Counted from the first letter of the stretch, positions 28,528-38,219 are shown. The stretch is DNA of 64,000 nt from Actinomycetota bacterium (GCA_013151445.1 JAADIG010000022.1:1347-65346), one strand, 5' to 3'. Translations and numbers: made by a program. The notes: generated by a model from the letters alone, not told the origin.

Positions 28528-29246
28528 GATGAAGTCTCCGGTGTGGGTGGGTCAAGGGGAATGAAGCGTTTGGCGGGAATCACATCAACGAGGGGCTGCA
28601 CCATCACAAGGGGTTCACGTCTCCACGCAATGATCGACAGCGCTAGACCATAGACGGAGACTGCAACGACGCTAACCACGGCCGTCGCCGCGATGATCGT
28701 TACGAAGGTCGCAACGGGGATACCGATGCGCAGCATCCATAGTCCCCATACGTGGGCCTGCGAGTACGCCCATACACCGACGATGGCGACGATGGCGAGA
28801 GTTTGGTAGACGACCGGAACTGCTGCGGGTTGGACGGCGGCAGTGAGGAGCGGGGCAAACAGACCGGCGAGCATCATGATGGAGGGCACTCTTCCGGGAC
28901 CGAGGGCTGAGGGTCGTTTTCGCATCCAGTTTCTTAACCACGGTCCGTACGCCATGACGACCGAAACGGCGGAGAACCCGAGCGCGGAATACCCGAATCC
29001 GTTCGGTGTGTCGAGGAATACGTATGCAACGGCGTACGTCGCACCCAGGATCGCCGTCACATGGAGTGACCAGCGTGCTCTTGCGAGGAGAAGCCCAACA
29101 ATCGCAGCGATCGCCACGATGGTTGTGCCAAGGACAAATGATACTGGGTTCGCACCGGTCCAAGGCTCAGCGGCGGTGATCATCTGAGCCGCCCAGAAAA
29201 GGTTACCGAGGGCAACCAGAAGTGCGATGGCGATCGGTGCAGTCAT
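28524..29246 (-). CDS. hypothetical polytopic membrane protein (about 6 TM)
   Basis: 240-aa hydrophobic ORF with regular TM-loop periodicity. Confidence 0.55.
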   Translation of the reverse strand: MTAPIAIALLVALGNLFWAAQMITAAEPWTGANPVSFVLGTTIVAIAAIVGLLLARARWSLHVTAILGATYAVAYVFLDTPNGFGYSALGFSAVSVVMAYGPWLRNWMRKRPSALGPGRVPSIMMLAGLFAPLLTAAVQPAAVPVVYQTLAIVAIVGVWAYSQAHVWGLWMLRIGIPVATFVTIIAATAVVSVVAVSVYGLALSIIAWRREPLVMVQPLVDVIPAKRFIPLDPPTPETSS

Positions 29247-29296
29247 GGTGCCAGTATCGTCGATATGGTGCGATGTCGGAAGTCGGGAGTCGCTTG

Positions 29297-29725
29297 TCAG
29301 CCGCGGGTGTTGATTGTTCCGGGAAGCCCCGAAGTCAACGACCCCTCAAGGAGCACACGGTATCGCACGATCTTGCGTTCGGTTAGGTCACGGAGGTCGA
29401 TTTCGTAGATGTCCCCGGTGTTCATAACCGGGGAATTCGGGAACTCACCCTTCTTGAAAAGTATCTCATAGGCTCGCTCCGGATCATCCTTGTGGACGAA
29501 CTGAACGATCCAGAACTCGTCGGGGTCGATTCTGAGGATCGACGGGCTGATCCGGCCATCTTCGATCTTGACGACTACAACTCCCTCGGCGGCGGCCTGG
29601 GTGGTGGTCGTGGTTGACGGCGGCCTGGCAGATTCCAGTGCCGAAGCGGATGGTCCGCTAGCGCAGGCGGCCGTCACAAGAACAACCGCCATGAACGAAA
29701 CGATCAGCTTGAAACGCATGGACAC
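29297..29725 (-). CDS. hypothetical lipoprotein
   Basis: Signal peptide with lipobox LVTAAC, a Thr-rich linker and a ~100-aa beta-rich domain. Confidence 0.55.
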   Translation of the reverse strand: MSMRFKLIVSFMAVVLVTAACASGPSASALESARPPSTTTTTQAAAEGVVVVKIEDGRISPSILRIDPDEFWIVQFVHKDDPERAYEILFKKGEFPNSPVMNTGDIYEIDLRDLTERKIVRYRVLLEGSLTSGLPGTINTRG

Positions 29726-29789
29726 TGGGTTCCCTCTCCTTGGCCTCCGACAGGAATGCAGCGCAGTGTAGTGGAGCGGTGTTCAATAG

Positions 29790-30401
29790 TCACGGTGTGG
29801 GGACACCGATCGGCGGAGGTGTTTCTTCCATTGCGCGGCGCTGCCAGCCGGTGGCTGTCCGCACGAGAGTTCTGATTTCGCCGTGCTCGGGTTTCTCCAG
29901 ATGGAAACCGTCCAGGGTGGAGCGCGTGAGTACCCGTGTCGAAGCCTCGACGGGATCCTGATGAAACACGAATACCGTATCGCCGATATCAACGGCGTGG
30001 CGTTGGATGGCATCGGTGCAGCGTCGGGCCATTGCGTCAAGCGACTCCTCGGCGAACGGTAGGACTCGCGGATCGCCAAGATAGGCTTCGACCTCGGTCG
30101 GGAACGACTCGTGGAGAGAGTCCCAGGAGTGGCCCGCCCACCTATCAAGGAGCCTCCATTCCGACAGGTCATGGTCGATGATGATCGGTAGGTTCAGGGC
30201 GCTTGCAAGCGGTGTAGCCGTTTGGATGGCGCGTTCGAGCGGTGAGCTTACGATACGAGCTATCGCCATTCCCGAGAGGCGGAGGGCGAGGGTGGCGGCT
30301 TGTTTGTTTCCCTCGTCGGAGAGACCGAAACCGGGCAGGGAGGCATAGACGAGATGTCGCGGGTTGTGAACATGTCCATGGCGGACGAGGTGGATACGCA
30401 T
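29790..30401 (-). CDS. histidine phosphatase family protein (phosphoglycerate mutase-like)
   Basis: MRIHLVRHGH (RHG catalytic motif) and SPLERAIQTA. Start refined to ATG at 30401. The Arg-rich upstream 88 codons are rejected. Confidence 0.7.
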   Translation of the reverse strand: MRIHLVRHGHVHNPRHLVYASLPGFGLSDEGNKQAATLALRLSGMAIARIVSSPLERAIQTATPLASALNLPIIIDHDLSEWRLLDRWAGHSWDSLHESFPTEVEAYLGDPRVLPFAEESLDAMARRCTDAIQRHAVDIGDTVFVFHQDPVEASTRVLTRSTLDGFHLEKPEHGEIRTLVRTATGWQRRAMEETPPPIGVPTP

Positions 30402-30448
30402 GACGGAATCGTACCGTTCCTGTCGGGGGTTGTCGGTAGGCTGGAGGG

Positions 30449-31630
30449 GTGAACAGTTTTGCAGAGCACTTCCTCCACGTCGACATGGATGCGTTTTTCG
30501 TCGAGGTGGAACGCCTCTACGATCCGTCGTTGCGCGGCCAGGCTGTGGTTGTCGGTGGACTTGGCAACCGTGGTGTCGTTTCAAGCGCATCGTATGAGGC
30601 CCGGGCGCATGGTGTGCGATCTGCCATGCCGATCGTTGAGGCCCGCCGGAGGGCGCCGCATGCACGGTTCGTTGCTTCGTCCATGGGACGATACGGCGAA
30701 GTGTCAGAGCAGGTGTTCGAGACGCTGCGCGGGGTCACCCCGACGATGGAACGGCTTTCGGTCGATGAGGCGTTCCTCGACATCTCGGGCCTGCGTAGAC
30801 ACTTCGACACCGCACTCGATGTTGCACGTGAGATACGAGCACGGATACGCTCGGAGGTCGGCATCCCGGCATCCGTGGGTTTGGCAACCCGCAAGTTCAT
30901 TTCCAAACTCGCCTCCGAAGACGCCAAGCCGGACGGCATTCACCTGGTTCGTGCCGGCGAAGAGTTGGCGTATCTCCACCCGATGCCGTTGCGCAAGCTG
31001 TGGGGTGTTGGCCAGGCAACGTTTGCGGCGCTCGAAGCACTTGGAGCGACGACTATCGGCCACGTTGCGCAAATCGACGTTGAGATACTCCGGGCACGCC
31101 TCGGACCCTCGCTTGGTCAACACCTCTGGCAATTGTCGCGTGGGATCGACGAACGGTCGGTGACACCCGGGGGTGGCGCGAAATCGGTGAGTGTGGAATC
31201 GACGTTCGCAACCGATGTCGTCGGTGTCGAGAGTCTCGAGCGGGAACTGTTGCGGCTCTCGGACCGTCTCGCGGGGAGACTGCGCCGAGCCGGGGTACGC
31301 GGTCGGACGGTCGAAATCAAGGTTCGTTATGCCACGTTCGAGACGGTATCGCGCTCGGTGACTCCTCCGAACGCAGTGCGGCGTACCCACGAGATCTGGC
31401 AGCACGGCAAGGAGTTGCTTGCCAAGCTCGACATCGGAAACCAGCCGATTCGTCTCCTGGGCATTGGGGTGGCACAGGTCGGTGATGCCGCGGCCGCAGA
31501 ACAACTCACACTCGATACACCAGTTGTCAGGGCTGCCGACGACGCCGCCGAGTTAGTACGGGAAAGGTTCGGGGACACCAGCATCATGCCAGCGAGTATT
31601 TTGGGATCTGAGGATCGCGACCGCTCATGA
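30449..31630 (+). CDS. dinB: DNA polymerase IV
   Basis: FLHVDMDAFFVEVE catalytic Asp motif, plus the Y-family palm, fingers and little-finger layout. Confidence 0.85.
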   Translation: MNSFAEHFLHVDMDAFFVEVERLYDPSLRGQAVVVGGLGNRGVVSSASYEARAHGVRSAMPIVEARRRAPHARFVASSMGRYGEVSEQVFETLRGVTPTMERLSVDEAFLDISGLRRHFDTALDVAREIRARIRSEVGIPASVGLATRKFISKLASEDAKPDGIHLVRAGEELAYLHPMPLRKLWGVGQATFAALEALGATTIGHVAQIDVEILRARLGPSLGQHLWQLSRGIDERSVTPGGGAKSVSVESTFATDVVGVESLERELLRLSDRLAGRLRRAGVRGRTVEIKVRYATFETVSRSVTPPNAVRRTHEIWQHGKELLAKLDIGNQPIRLLGIGVAQVGDAAAAEQLTLDTPVVRAADDAAELVRERFGDTSIMPASILGSEDRDRS

Positions 31631-31703
31631 CTTCGCCCCAAGTTTGCAACCATCCTGTTGTATAGTGAGAAGGTAGTTGCTGTCGGGAGCCGGAGTAGCC
31701 CGC

Positions 31704-32039
31704 ATGCCCTTAAATGATCACGAAAAGCAGATCCTCGAGGAGATCGAGCGCCAGTTCTACGAACAGGATCCCGAGCTCGCCCGAGCCGTCGCGACGCGTA
31801 AACCGCGACCCGAAGGAACCTGGCCCGTACGTCTTGCGACAGTTGGCCTTTTTGTCGGACTGGCAGTCATGTTGGTGAGTTTTTCTCGGAGCACCCTGGT
31901 CGGATTACTCGGTTTTCTGACGATGGTTGGGTCCGCTGGATTCCTTGCCGAGCGTTTTGCGGCCCGGTATCGACTGCTCGATACGCGCCTGGCGACACGT
32001 GTCGAGCGCGCCAAGCAACGGATGCGCAGAGAGCGCTAG
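31704..32039 (+). CDS. DUF3040 family small membrane protein
   Basis: MPLNDHEKQILEEIERQFYEQDPELA signature followed by two TM helices. Confidence 0.65.
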   Translation: MPLNDHEKQILEEIERQFYEQDPELARAVATRKPRPEGTWPVRLATVGLFVGLAVMLVSFSRSTLVGLLGFLTMVGSAGFLAERFAARYRLLDTRLATRVERAKQRMRRER

Positions 32040-32152
32040 AGTATGTGTCCCCTCCTAGGGGCGGGGGTTGCGAAAAGTTGGCAAGACAGCGGACATTCCA
32101 TGGGTTTGGACGCTGGCCGAAATGTGGGAAGAGTTACGGGAGGTACGCGCTG

Positions 32153-32647
32153 GTGGACGGGTTTACTGCACAACAGGCGTCGAAACTGACGGGGTGCACA
32201 GCGCATCAGTTGCGTTATTGGGATCGAGTCAAGTTGGTAATCCCATCCGTTCAATCCACCGGTGGCCGTCCTGGTAAACGACGTCTGTATTCGTTCCGTG
32301 ACCTGGTGTCCCTCCGCGTTGTCCGATCGCTACTCGACAATGGAATGTCCGTGCAACGTGTCCGCCGGGCATGGGACTACTTGCGCAGATCAGCGGACAT
32401 GGATCTTCATCTCTCGAACGTCCAACTCGTCGCGGAGGGTGAAGCGATCTACGCCATTGCCCAAGACGATCAGATTCTCGATGCCCTGCGCCAGGGCCAA
32501 CTAGCTTTCTTTGGGACGATCAACGAAATCACTCTTGAGGTGGAAGAGGATGTCACTCGTTTCGAACTCGACCGTGAGCGTTTCCTCGACATGCTGCAAC
32601 GCGTCGAGGACGACGTCGTTGCCGAAGGTGAAGCCGCCGCTCAGTAG
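32153..32647 (+). CDS. MerR family transcriptional regulator
   Basis: HTH FTAQQASKLTGCTAHQLRYWDRVKLV with a YSFRDLVSLRVV wing. GTG at 32153 is preceded by GGGAGG at 9 nt. Alternative GTG at 32045. Confidence 0.65.
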   Translation: MDGFTAQQASKLTGCTAHQLRYWDRVKLVIPSVQSTGGRPGKRRLYSFRDLVSLRVVRSLLDNGMSVQRVRRAWDYLRRSADMDLHLSNVQLVAEGEAIYAIAQDDQILDALRQGQLAFFGTINEITLEVEEDVTRFELDRERFLDMLQRVEDDVVAEGEAAAQ

Positions 32648-32692
32648 TTCGGGTCCCTCGGTAGTCTGGATCCGCTGCTCGAAGTCACTCGT

Positions 32693-35074
32693 CTAGCGAC
32701 GACGGAGACTGGCAAGCCGATACAAAGCCCGCAGGTGACGCCGCCACCCGTGCCGGGTTTTCAGTATCTCGGATGCCTGCTGGAGGGATTCACGGGCAGT
32801 GTCGATATCCGCCCGGTCCAAGGTCGCGGTACTGCCGTAAACGGACCGAGCGTAAACCGTTGCAAGCGGTGTCATTGCGGGATCCACATCAGCGGCCGCC
32901 TCGGTCGGGGTGGCACCCACCCGGGGAGGTTCTCCGAGATCGTCGAGTCGGGCGACAATTTCTTCCCAGGCCGCCGAGATATCGCCGAGGGCGAGTCGCT
33001 GCGACCGGCTCCGGCGCCGACGCCACTTGAGTAGCGGAACGGCTCCAATGAGTGTCAGCAGGGCAAAGAGACCGAGACCGGCGTTGCGGGCCCATGAGGG
33101 GAGCTCGAATCCGCTGGTCTCGTCGACACCGCCTCCGCCAATGAATGGGATGGCGTCGTTGGCCTGTTCATCTCGTGCAATCTGAGGAGAGATTCCACCG
33201 CTGGCCTCCACCTCGGGGGCCTCGACATCGAAGTACTCGCTGATATCGAACCCAAGTTCAGCAGACACTGCTTCGGCCGTTGGAAGTACCCCGGTGCGGG
33301 GTGTTGGGTCGAAGCGGGTCCACCCGTTCGGCTCCAACCAGACCTCAACCCAGGCGTGTGCCTGGGCGTCGGTCACGATGACCGTGTTCGTGGAACCCGG
33401 GATGAGTTCGCCGGGGGCGAACCCGAGCACGACCCGAGTTGGGATCCCAAGCGAGCGTGCCATGACGGCCATACCGGTGGCGAACTGTTCACAGTACCCC
33501 GTGCGGTAGTTCGGGCTGTTCGGGTCGGTGAGCCAATCACCAAGATTATTTGCGCCGCCACCGAGCGGAATATCGGTGGAGTAGGGGAGCTGGCGCAGCC
33601 ATGTCTCAAGCGCCAACGATTTCTCGAAATCGTTCGTCATGTTTGCGGTGATTTCCCGAGCGAGCGTGGCTACTCGGGCATCCGGTTCATCGCCCAGGTC
33701 GAGAAACGGTTCGAGATCGGGAGCCTCGATGCGCTCGGTTAGAAGCGTCGGCTGTCCAACATCGCGACCATCCTCCTGTGCCTGTTTGAACACCGGAGAA
33801 AACTCACCGTTCGCCTGAGTGGCGAGCGCGGCGTAGTCGACCTGAGGGACATCCGCCGTGAACTGGTATTCGAGACCTCCGTAGGTTGTTTGACCGCCGG
33901 GAATCACGATCGAGCCGTCAATTGCACGCGCTCGGAGACTGCGTCCGATAACGTCCGTTGTCGAGAGTGAAGTCACCGAGTACGGCGCGGGGAACCACTC
34001 GTTGCGGAGGGCGCCGATGGTTACGGTACCGGAGATGGCCGTGGTGTCACCCGTGAAACGAAGCGACGGGCGTTCCTGCCAGGGCTGATCGAATGTGCGC
34101 AGGTCAGGGTCGAACGCAGAGAACGAGGAGCCGTCCCAGTTCTCCATGGTCGTGAGACGGAAGTACACCTGGTCAGCGGGGATGCCTTCAATGGTCGCCT
34201 GCAGGATGGGGACGCCGGTAGGGGCGACGAGCTGTTGACGGATGCCGATATACGGGTTGTACGACACCCCGCCGTAAACGTCACCGGGTAGACCGCTGGC
34301 GGCTCGCCACGTCACGACACCGCTGTTGGGTACCGCAGCGTCGAGCCTGTCCGTGGCGGCGACGGCGAAGACCATGACCACGACCAGTGACAGAACGCCC
34401 ATCGGTCCCACGCGAACTGGTCCGGCGGCGTAGGAGCCACGGGGCGCCATGCGACCAACAGACGCGGAGCGCTCGTCGATATTGACCGCGAGCAGTGCGA
34501 GCACCAGGATGGCGAGGAAGATCGCGGTGCCGACCGGACCGGTGTGTGACCTGTTCATTACCGCAAACTGCACCGCGATGGCGAGTGGTGGCACCAGTGC
34601 GAGCATCGGTCGACGGGTCTTCAGGCCGGCAACAGTGAGCGCGCCAAGAACCCAAGCCAGTATCGCCACAAGAGCGACGAGACCGGGGACCGGGGTGACG
34701 GGTTCAACACCGCTACGGATTATTCGGAAGGCCTCAGAAAACTGCGACTGCAGTGCGACAAATGTGGCGGGGGTAGGAAGCAGCGTGGAGACGTTCTCCG
34801 GAGCGGTCGTCTGGATGACTGTCCAGGTCAGGGCAATGCCATGGGCTGCCAGGGTGAGCACCGTGGTGATTCGGTAGCGGAGTGTCACTGCGGCGACGAG
34901 CGCTCCAAGACCGAGGGAGACGAGAACCACACCTTGCCACGGAGCACCCTCGGGGGTGGGTCGTAGCAGTTCGTTCAATTGCCACAGTAGATAGGTGAGT
35001 GCCGCGAGTGCCGCTATCGCGCTGTTGCGGTAGACCATGTTCTCTCCATGCCTTGACGCCATGGAACTGTCCAC
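32693..35074 (-). CDS. transglutaminase-like domain membrane protein (TgpA-like), third gene of the MoxR triad
   Basis: N-terminal multi-TM region. Transglutaminase core GYCEQFATGMAVMARSLGIPTRVVLGF (Cys), HAWVEVW (His), downstream Asp. C-terminal TM and cytoplasmic tail. Alternative starts at ATG 35062 or 35038. Confidence 0.8.
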   Translation of the reverse strand: MDSSMASRHGENMVYRNSAIAALAALTYLLWQLNELLRPTPEGAPWQGVVLVSLGLGALVAAVTLRYRITTVLTLAAHGIALTWTVIQTTAPENVSTLLPTPATFVALQSQFSEAFRIIRSGVEPVTPVPGLVALVAILAWVLGALTVAGLKTRRPMLALVPPLAIAVQFAVMNRSHTGPVGTAIFLAILVLALLAVNIDERSASVGRMAPRGSYAAGPVRVGPMGVLSLVVVMVFAVAATDRLDAAVPNSGVVTWRAASGLPGDVYGGVSYNPYIGIRQQLVAPTGVPILQATIEGIPADQVYFRLTTMENWDGSSFSAFDPDLRTFDQPWQERPSLRFTGDTTAISGTVTIGALRNEWFPAPYSVTSLSTTDVIGRSLRARAIDGSIVIPGGQTTYGGLEYQFTADVPQVDYAALATQANGEFSPVFKQAQEDGRDVGQPTLLTERIEAPDLEPFLDLGDEPDARVATLAREITANMTNDFEKSLALETWLRQLPYSTDIPLGGGANNLGDWLTDPNSPNYRTGYCEQFATGMAVMARSLGIPTRVVLGFAPGELIPGSTNTVIVTDAQAHAWVEVWLEPNGWTRFDPTPRTGVLPTAEAVSAELGFDISEYFDVEAPEVEASGGISPQIARDEQANDAIPFIGGGGVDETSGFELPSWARNAGLGLFALLTLIGAVPLLKWRRRRSRSQRLALGDISAAWEEIVARLDDLGEPPRVGATPTEAAADVDPAMTPLATVYARSVYGSTATLDRADIDTARESLQQASEILKTRHGWRRHLRALYRLASLRRR

Positions 35075-36198
35075 GACTCGCCCTCGTGTGACTGCATGTA
35101 CACCGCACCGGCGTTGCCGAGCAGTTCCACTGCATCGGTCGTCTGTGTTGTTGAGGCCATCACCACTGCCGATCGGTAGTCCCTGCGCAGGAGTCTGTAG
35201 ACACCCAGCAGGTCTTTATCCGGGGTACCGGTCACCAAAACCAGAACACCTCCGCGGACACCAGTATTCCGGACTTTCGAGAATGCGGCCTGGAGGTTGA
35301 TGGATCGGTTCATCGCGACCCCAGCTAGTTCTTCGAGAACCTTCGAGTAGGCGCCGTGTCCGTTGAGGTGGGTTGCCCGTGTGCCTCCGAGCCACACGGT
35401 TGGGGCAAAACCCGACTTGTGGAGATGCGCCACCGCAGAGGCGGCGCCGCGTACCGCGTATTCGAAGGCGGCGGGAGATGCGTACGACGAACTGCGTGGG
35501 TCGAGGGCGATGAACGCACGGCTTTGCCACGGCATCTCTAGCTGCTTGATCATGAGCTCATCGCGTCGCGCCGACGACGGCCAGTGCACCCTCCGTAGGT
35601 CATCACCCTGTTGGTAGTGGCGAAGCGTGAAGAAGTCGTCACCACCGACCGGCGAGTGGTTCGAGCGTGCAACGTTTTGGTTTGGGTCCTGGCCCCGGAT
35701 GATGGGCAGCCCCGCCAGGGGATCAATCACTGGGTACACAACAAGCCTGCTGGTCGATCCCATCGTCCGTCCGCGTTCGGCCAATCCCAACAGGTCCTGC
35801 ACCTTGATGTGCGCCGGGCCGACGGTATAGATTCCTCGAGGACGGCAATCGACTTCGTAACGAGCGGCCATTGGCTCGCCAGCCGAGAGTTGGTCAGCGA
35901 GGAAAACTGCCGACCCGAGCGATCCGACTGAGTCCGTCACGAGGACATTCGAGGACCGACGGAACGATCGCAGTTCAAGTTCAACGATTGCCGAGTCGCC
36001 ATCGTGGATCTGGAGGGGAGTAATCGTGCGATCAACCTCGACGCTTGGGGCACTGCGCCGAACCGAAACTGCTCCGATCACCGTCCCGAGGATCAAGAGG
36101 GCGGCAGTTGCCAACAACAGCTGTTCCCCGAACGCAATCCATAGGATGAGCAGCGCCAACCCAGCGCCAAGTGCGGCCCATCCCCGAGTGGTCGGCAT
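35014..36198 (-). CDS. DUF58 (vWA-like) domain protein
   Basis: RHYQQGDDLRRVHWPSSARRDELMIKQLE DUF58 signature, with two N-terminal TM helices. Confidence 0.8.
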   Translation of the reverse strand: MPTTRGWAALGAGLALLILWIAFGEQLLLATAALLILGTVIGAVSVRRSAPSVEVDRTITPLQIHDGDSAIVELELRSFRRSSNVLVTDSVGSLGSAVFLADQLSAGEPMAARYEVDCRPRGIYTVGPAHIKVQDLLGLAERGRTMGSTSRLVVYPVIDPLAGLPIIRGQDPNQNVARSNHSPVGGDDFFTLRHYQQGDDLRRVHWPSSARRDELMIKQLEMPWQSRAFIALDPRSSSYASPAAFEYAVRGAASAVAHLHKSGFAPTVWLGGTRATHLNGHGAYSKVLEELAGVAMNRSINLQAAFSKVRNTGVRGGVLVLVTGTPDKDLLGVYRLLRRDYRSAVVMASTTQTTDAVELLGNAGAVYMQSHEGESWTVPWRQGMERTWSTATAR

Positions 36199-37175
36199 TA
36201 GACCCTGGCTCGCATTCCCGGAACTGGGGTGGAATTCAAGATCGAGTCCACCACCGCCTCCACGGCGACGCCCCGCATGTGAGCTTCCGGTTGCAGGATG
36301 AGTCGGTGGTTGAGTACCGCGGGTGCGACGCTCTTGATGTCGTCCGGTGCCACAAAGTCGCGCCCGGCAACGACTGCTCGCGTACGTGCCGCTCGTTGCA
36401 GGTTGAGACCTGCTCGGGGCGATGCACCGAGCAGTAACTCGTGGTGACCGCGGGTGGCGTCGGCGATGTCAAGAATGTAAGAGCGAACCTCGTCCGACAC
36501 ATGGATGCGACGGACTACCTGGGACATGGCGACAACGTCTTGGGCGTGGAGCACGGGTTTGATCTCATCGTAGGTGGAGCCATCCGAATGGGTGTCGAGC
36601 ATCTGGAGTTCCTTTTCTCTCGACGGGTAGCCCATCGAGAGTCGCATCATGAAACGATCCAGCTGCGCCTCGGGAAGCGGATAGGTTCCCTCGTGCTCGA
36701 TGGGGTTCTGGGTTGCCACGACGATGAACGGTTCGGCGAGAGTGTGTGTCGTCGCATCCACCGTCACGTGATGCTCCTCCATGGCCTCCAGAAGGGCCGC
36801 CTGGGTTTTCGGGCTTGCACGGTTTATCTCGTCGCCGAGTACCACGTTGGCGAACACCGGACCCGGGCGAAAAGTGAAAGTCGATGCATCCCGATCCCAC
36901 ACAGACACGCCTGTGATGTCTGAAGGCAATAGATCGGGAGTGAACTGGATGCGTTGAAATGTGCAGTCAATCGATCGTGCCATCGACTTAGCAAGCAACG
37001 TTTTTCCCACGCCCGGAACATCTTCGATCAGGGCGTGACCGCCCGATAGTAAGCACATCACCAGACGTTCTACCGTTGCGCGTTTGCCTTGTATCACTCG
37101 CTCAATATTGGCGGTGATGGTCTCGAAGTTCCGTCCGAACGCCTCTAGTTCAGCAGCTGATACCGTCACACACAC
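36198..37175 (-). CDS. moxR: MoxR-family AAA+ ATPase
   Basis: Walker A DVPGVGKT, Walker B VVLGDEINR, and MoxR-type sensor regions. Confidence 0.85.
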   Translation of the reverse strand: MCVTVSAAELEAFGRNFETITANIERVIQGKRATVERLVMCLLSGGHALIEDVPGVGKTLLAKSMARSIDCTFQRIQFTPDLLPSDITGVSVWDRDASTFTFRPGPVFANVVLGDEINRASPKTQAALLEAMEEHHVTVDATTHTLAEPFIVVATQNPIEHEGTYPLPEAQLDRFMMRLSMGYPSREKELQMLDTHSDGSTYDEIKPVLHAQDVVAMSQVVRRIHVSDEVRSYILDIADATRGHHELLLGASPRAGLNLQRAARTRAVVAGRDFVAPDDIKSVAPAVLNHRLILQPEAHMRGVAVEAVVDSILNSTPVPGMRARV

Positions 37176-37499
37176 TCCTTCCGCTAGCAGAGAATGACCT
37201 GAGACTATCAGGGGTGGAACCCTTGTGCCCTCGATACTGCAACGCAGCGGTAGCTACGATGGTTCCATGCGAATGCGACAAGCACTCCGAGGCCTCTGGG
37301 CCAGACCGCGGCTGTGGCCAGAGGCTCTGGCCTACCTGGTCGCGATCCGTTCGCGACGAAGCGTCGATCCGCGCCCCGACGCTGCGTACCTCCAGTGGCG
37401 GTCGGCAACCGCCTACGGAGACCCCGACCGCGCTCCAACGGCGCAAGACGTGCGGGCCGTCGTTGCGTGGCGGAGACGGTGGCGCAGGAGTGTTGGCCA

Positions 37500-38219
37500 A
37501 TGATGGTCTCGGAGTCGTTGCGTTCAGCGATACTCGCAATCCCCGGCATCGTCGGGGCCGACTTCGACGGCGAGGCTGACGTTCCCGCGGGAGTACGTGT
37601 ACAGCTCGCAACGGGCGCTGACGCAGCATCGGTGAGCGAGCATGTCAGACGGGTCCTGGCCGATCATGGGATGCGTCCGCAACTAGGGGAGCTCGAGTCC
37701 ACACCTGCCGAACACGATTCGGTACCTCCGCCCCCACCTGGTTACGAACAGCCGGAGCGACGCGAAGAGGGTCCCCGCCCTGCTGAGTCTGCCGCCGCTC
37801 CGGTGGCACCACCAATCGCAGTCTCGGCACCGACAGGACCGACCCCACACACCGTGCCGCCCCCGGGACCACCGCGGCCGCATCTGCGCATTCTCGATTT
37901 GGTCGGTGTGCAGGAGACAGCCCTTTCCACGTCCACAGTCGCGACGGTGGATGGCCGGACCGCGGTACGCGTCGTTGATGCTCGCGGTCTCGACATTGCC
38001 ATCGCCGAAGCCGTACTCGAAGCAGCGGGTTTTGAGGATCTGCTGATCTTGAGCGTGCAACGTCATACCGAAGCCGGGTCGACGGTTGTCACCGTCCTGG
38101 TGGAGGACAGTGATGGACACCGGGCCGTGGGATCCGAAGTTGGAGGACCTGGGAGCGTTTATGCGGTTGGGCGGGCGGCGCTGCGGGCGAGTGAGGCAGC
38201 TACGGGCGTCCCGGGGTGA
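37500..38219 (+). CDS. hypothetical protein with central proline-rich linker
   Basis: ATGATG at 37500 preceded by AGGAG. Two structured halves are separated by a PPPPPGYEQPERREEGPRPAESAAAPVAPPIAVSAPTGPTPHTVPPPGPPRP linker. GC3-rich codon usage. No recognisable domain. Confidence 0.4.
   Translation: MMVSESLRSAILAIPGIVGADFDGEADVPAGVRVQLATGADAASVSEHVRRVLADHGMRPQLGELESTPAEHDSVPPPPPGYEQPERREEGPRPAESAAAPVAPPIAVSAPTGPTPHTVPPPGPPRPHLRILDLVGVQETALSTSTVATVDGRTAVRVVDARGLDIAIAEAVLEAAGFEDLLILSVQRHTEAGSTVVTVLVEDSDGHRAVGSEVGGPGSVYAVGRAALRASEAATGVPG

Noticed and set aside
30402-30448. GAATCGTACCGTTC upstream of dinB as a LexA/Cheo box
   Set aside because: Spacing is GAAT-N6-GTTC rather than GAAC-N4-GTTC, and the half-sites are imperfect. 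This is not convincing without a genome-wide motif model.
37225-37503. 92-aa Arg/Trp-rich ORF in the moxR divergent intergenic region
   Set aside because: Composition is unlike any protein in the window. It spans the two palindromes and is more likely regulatory DNA.
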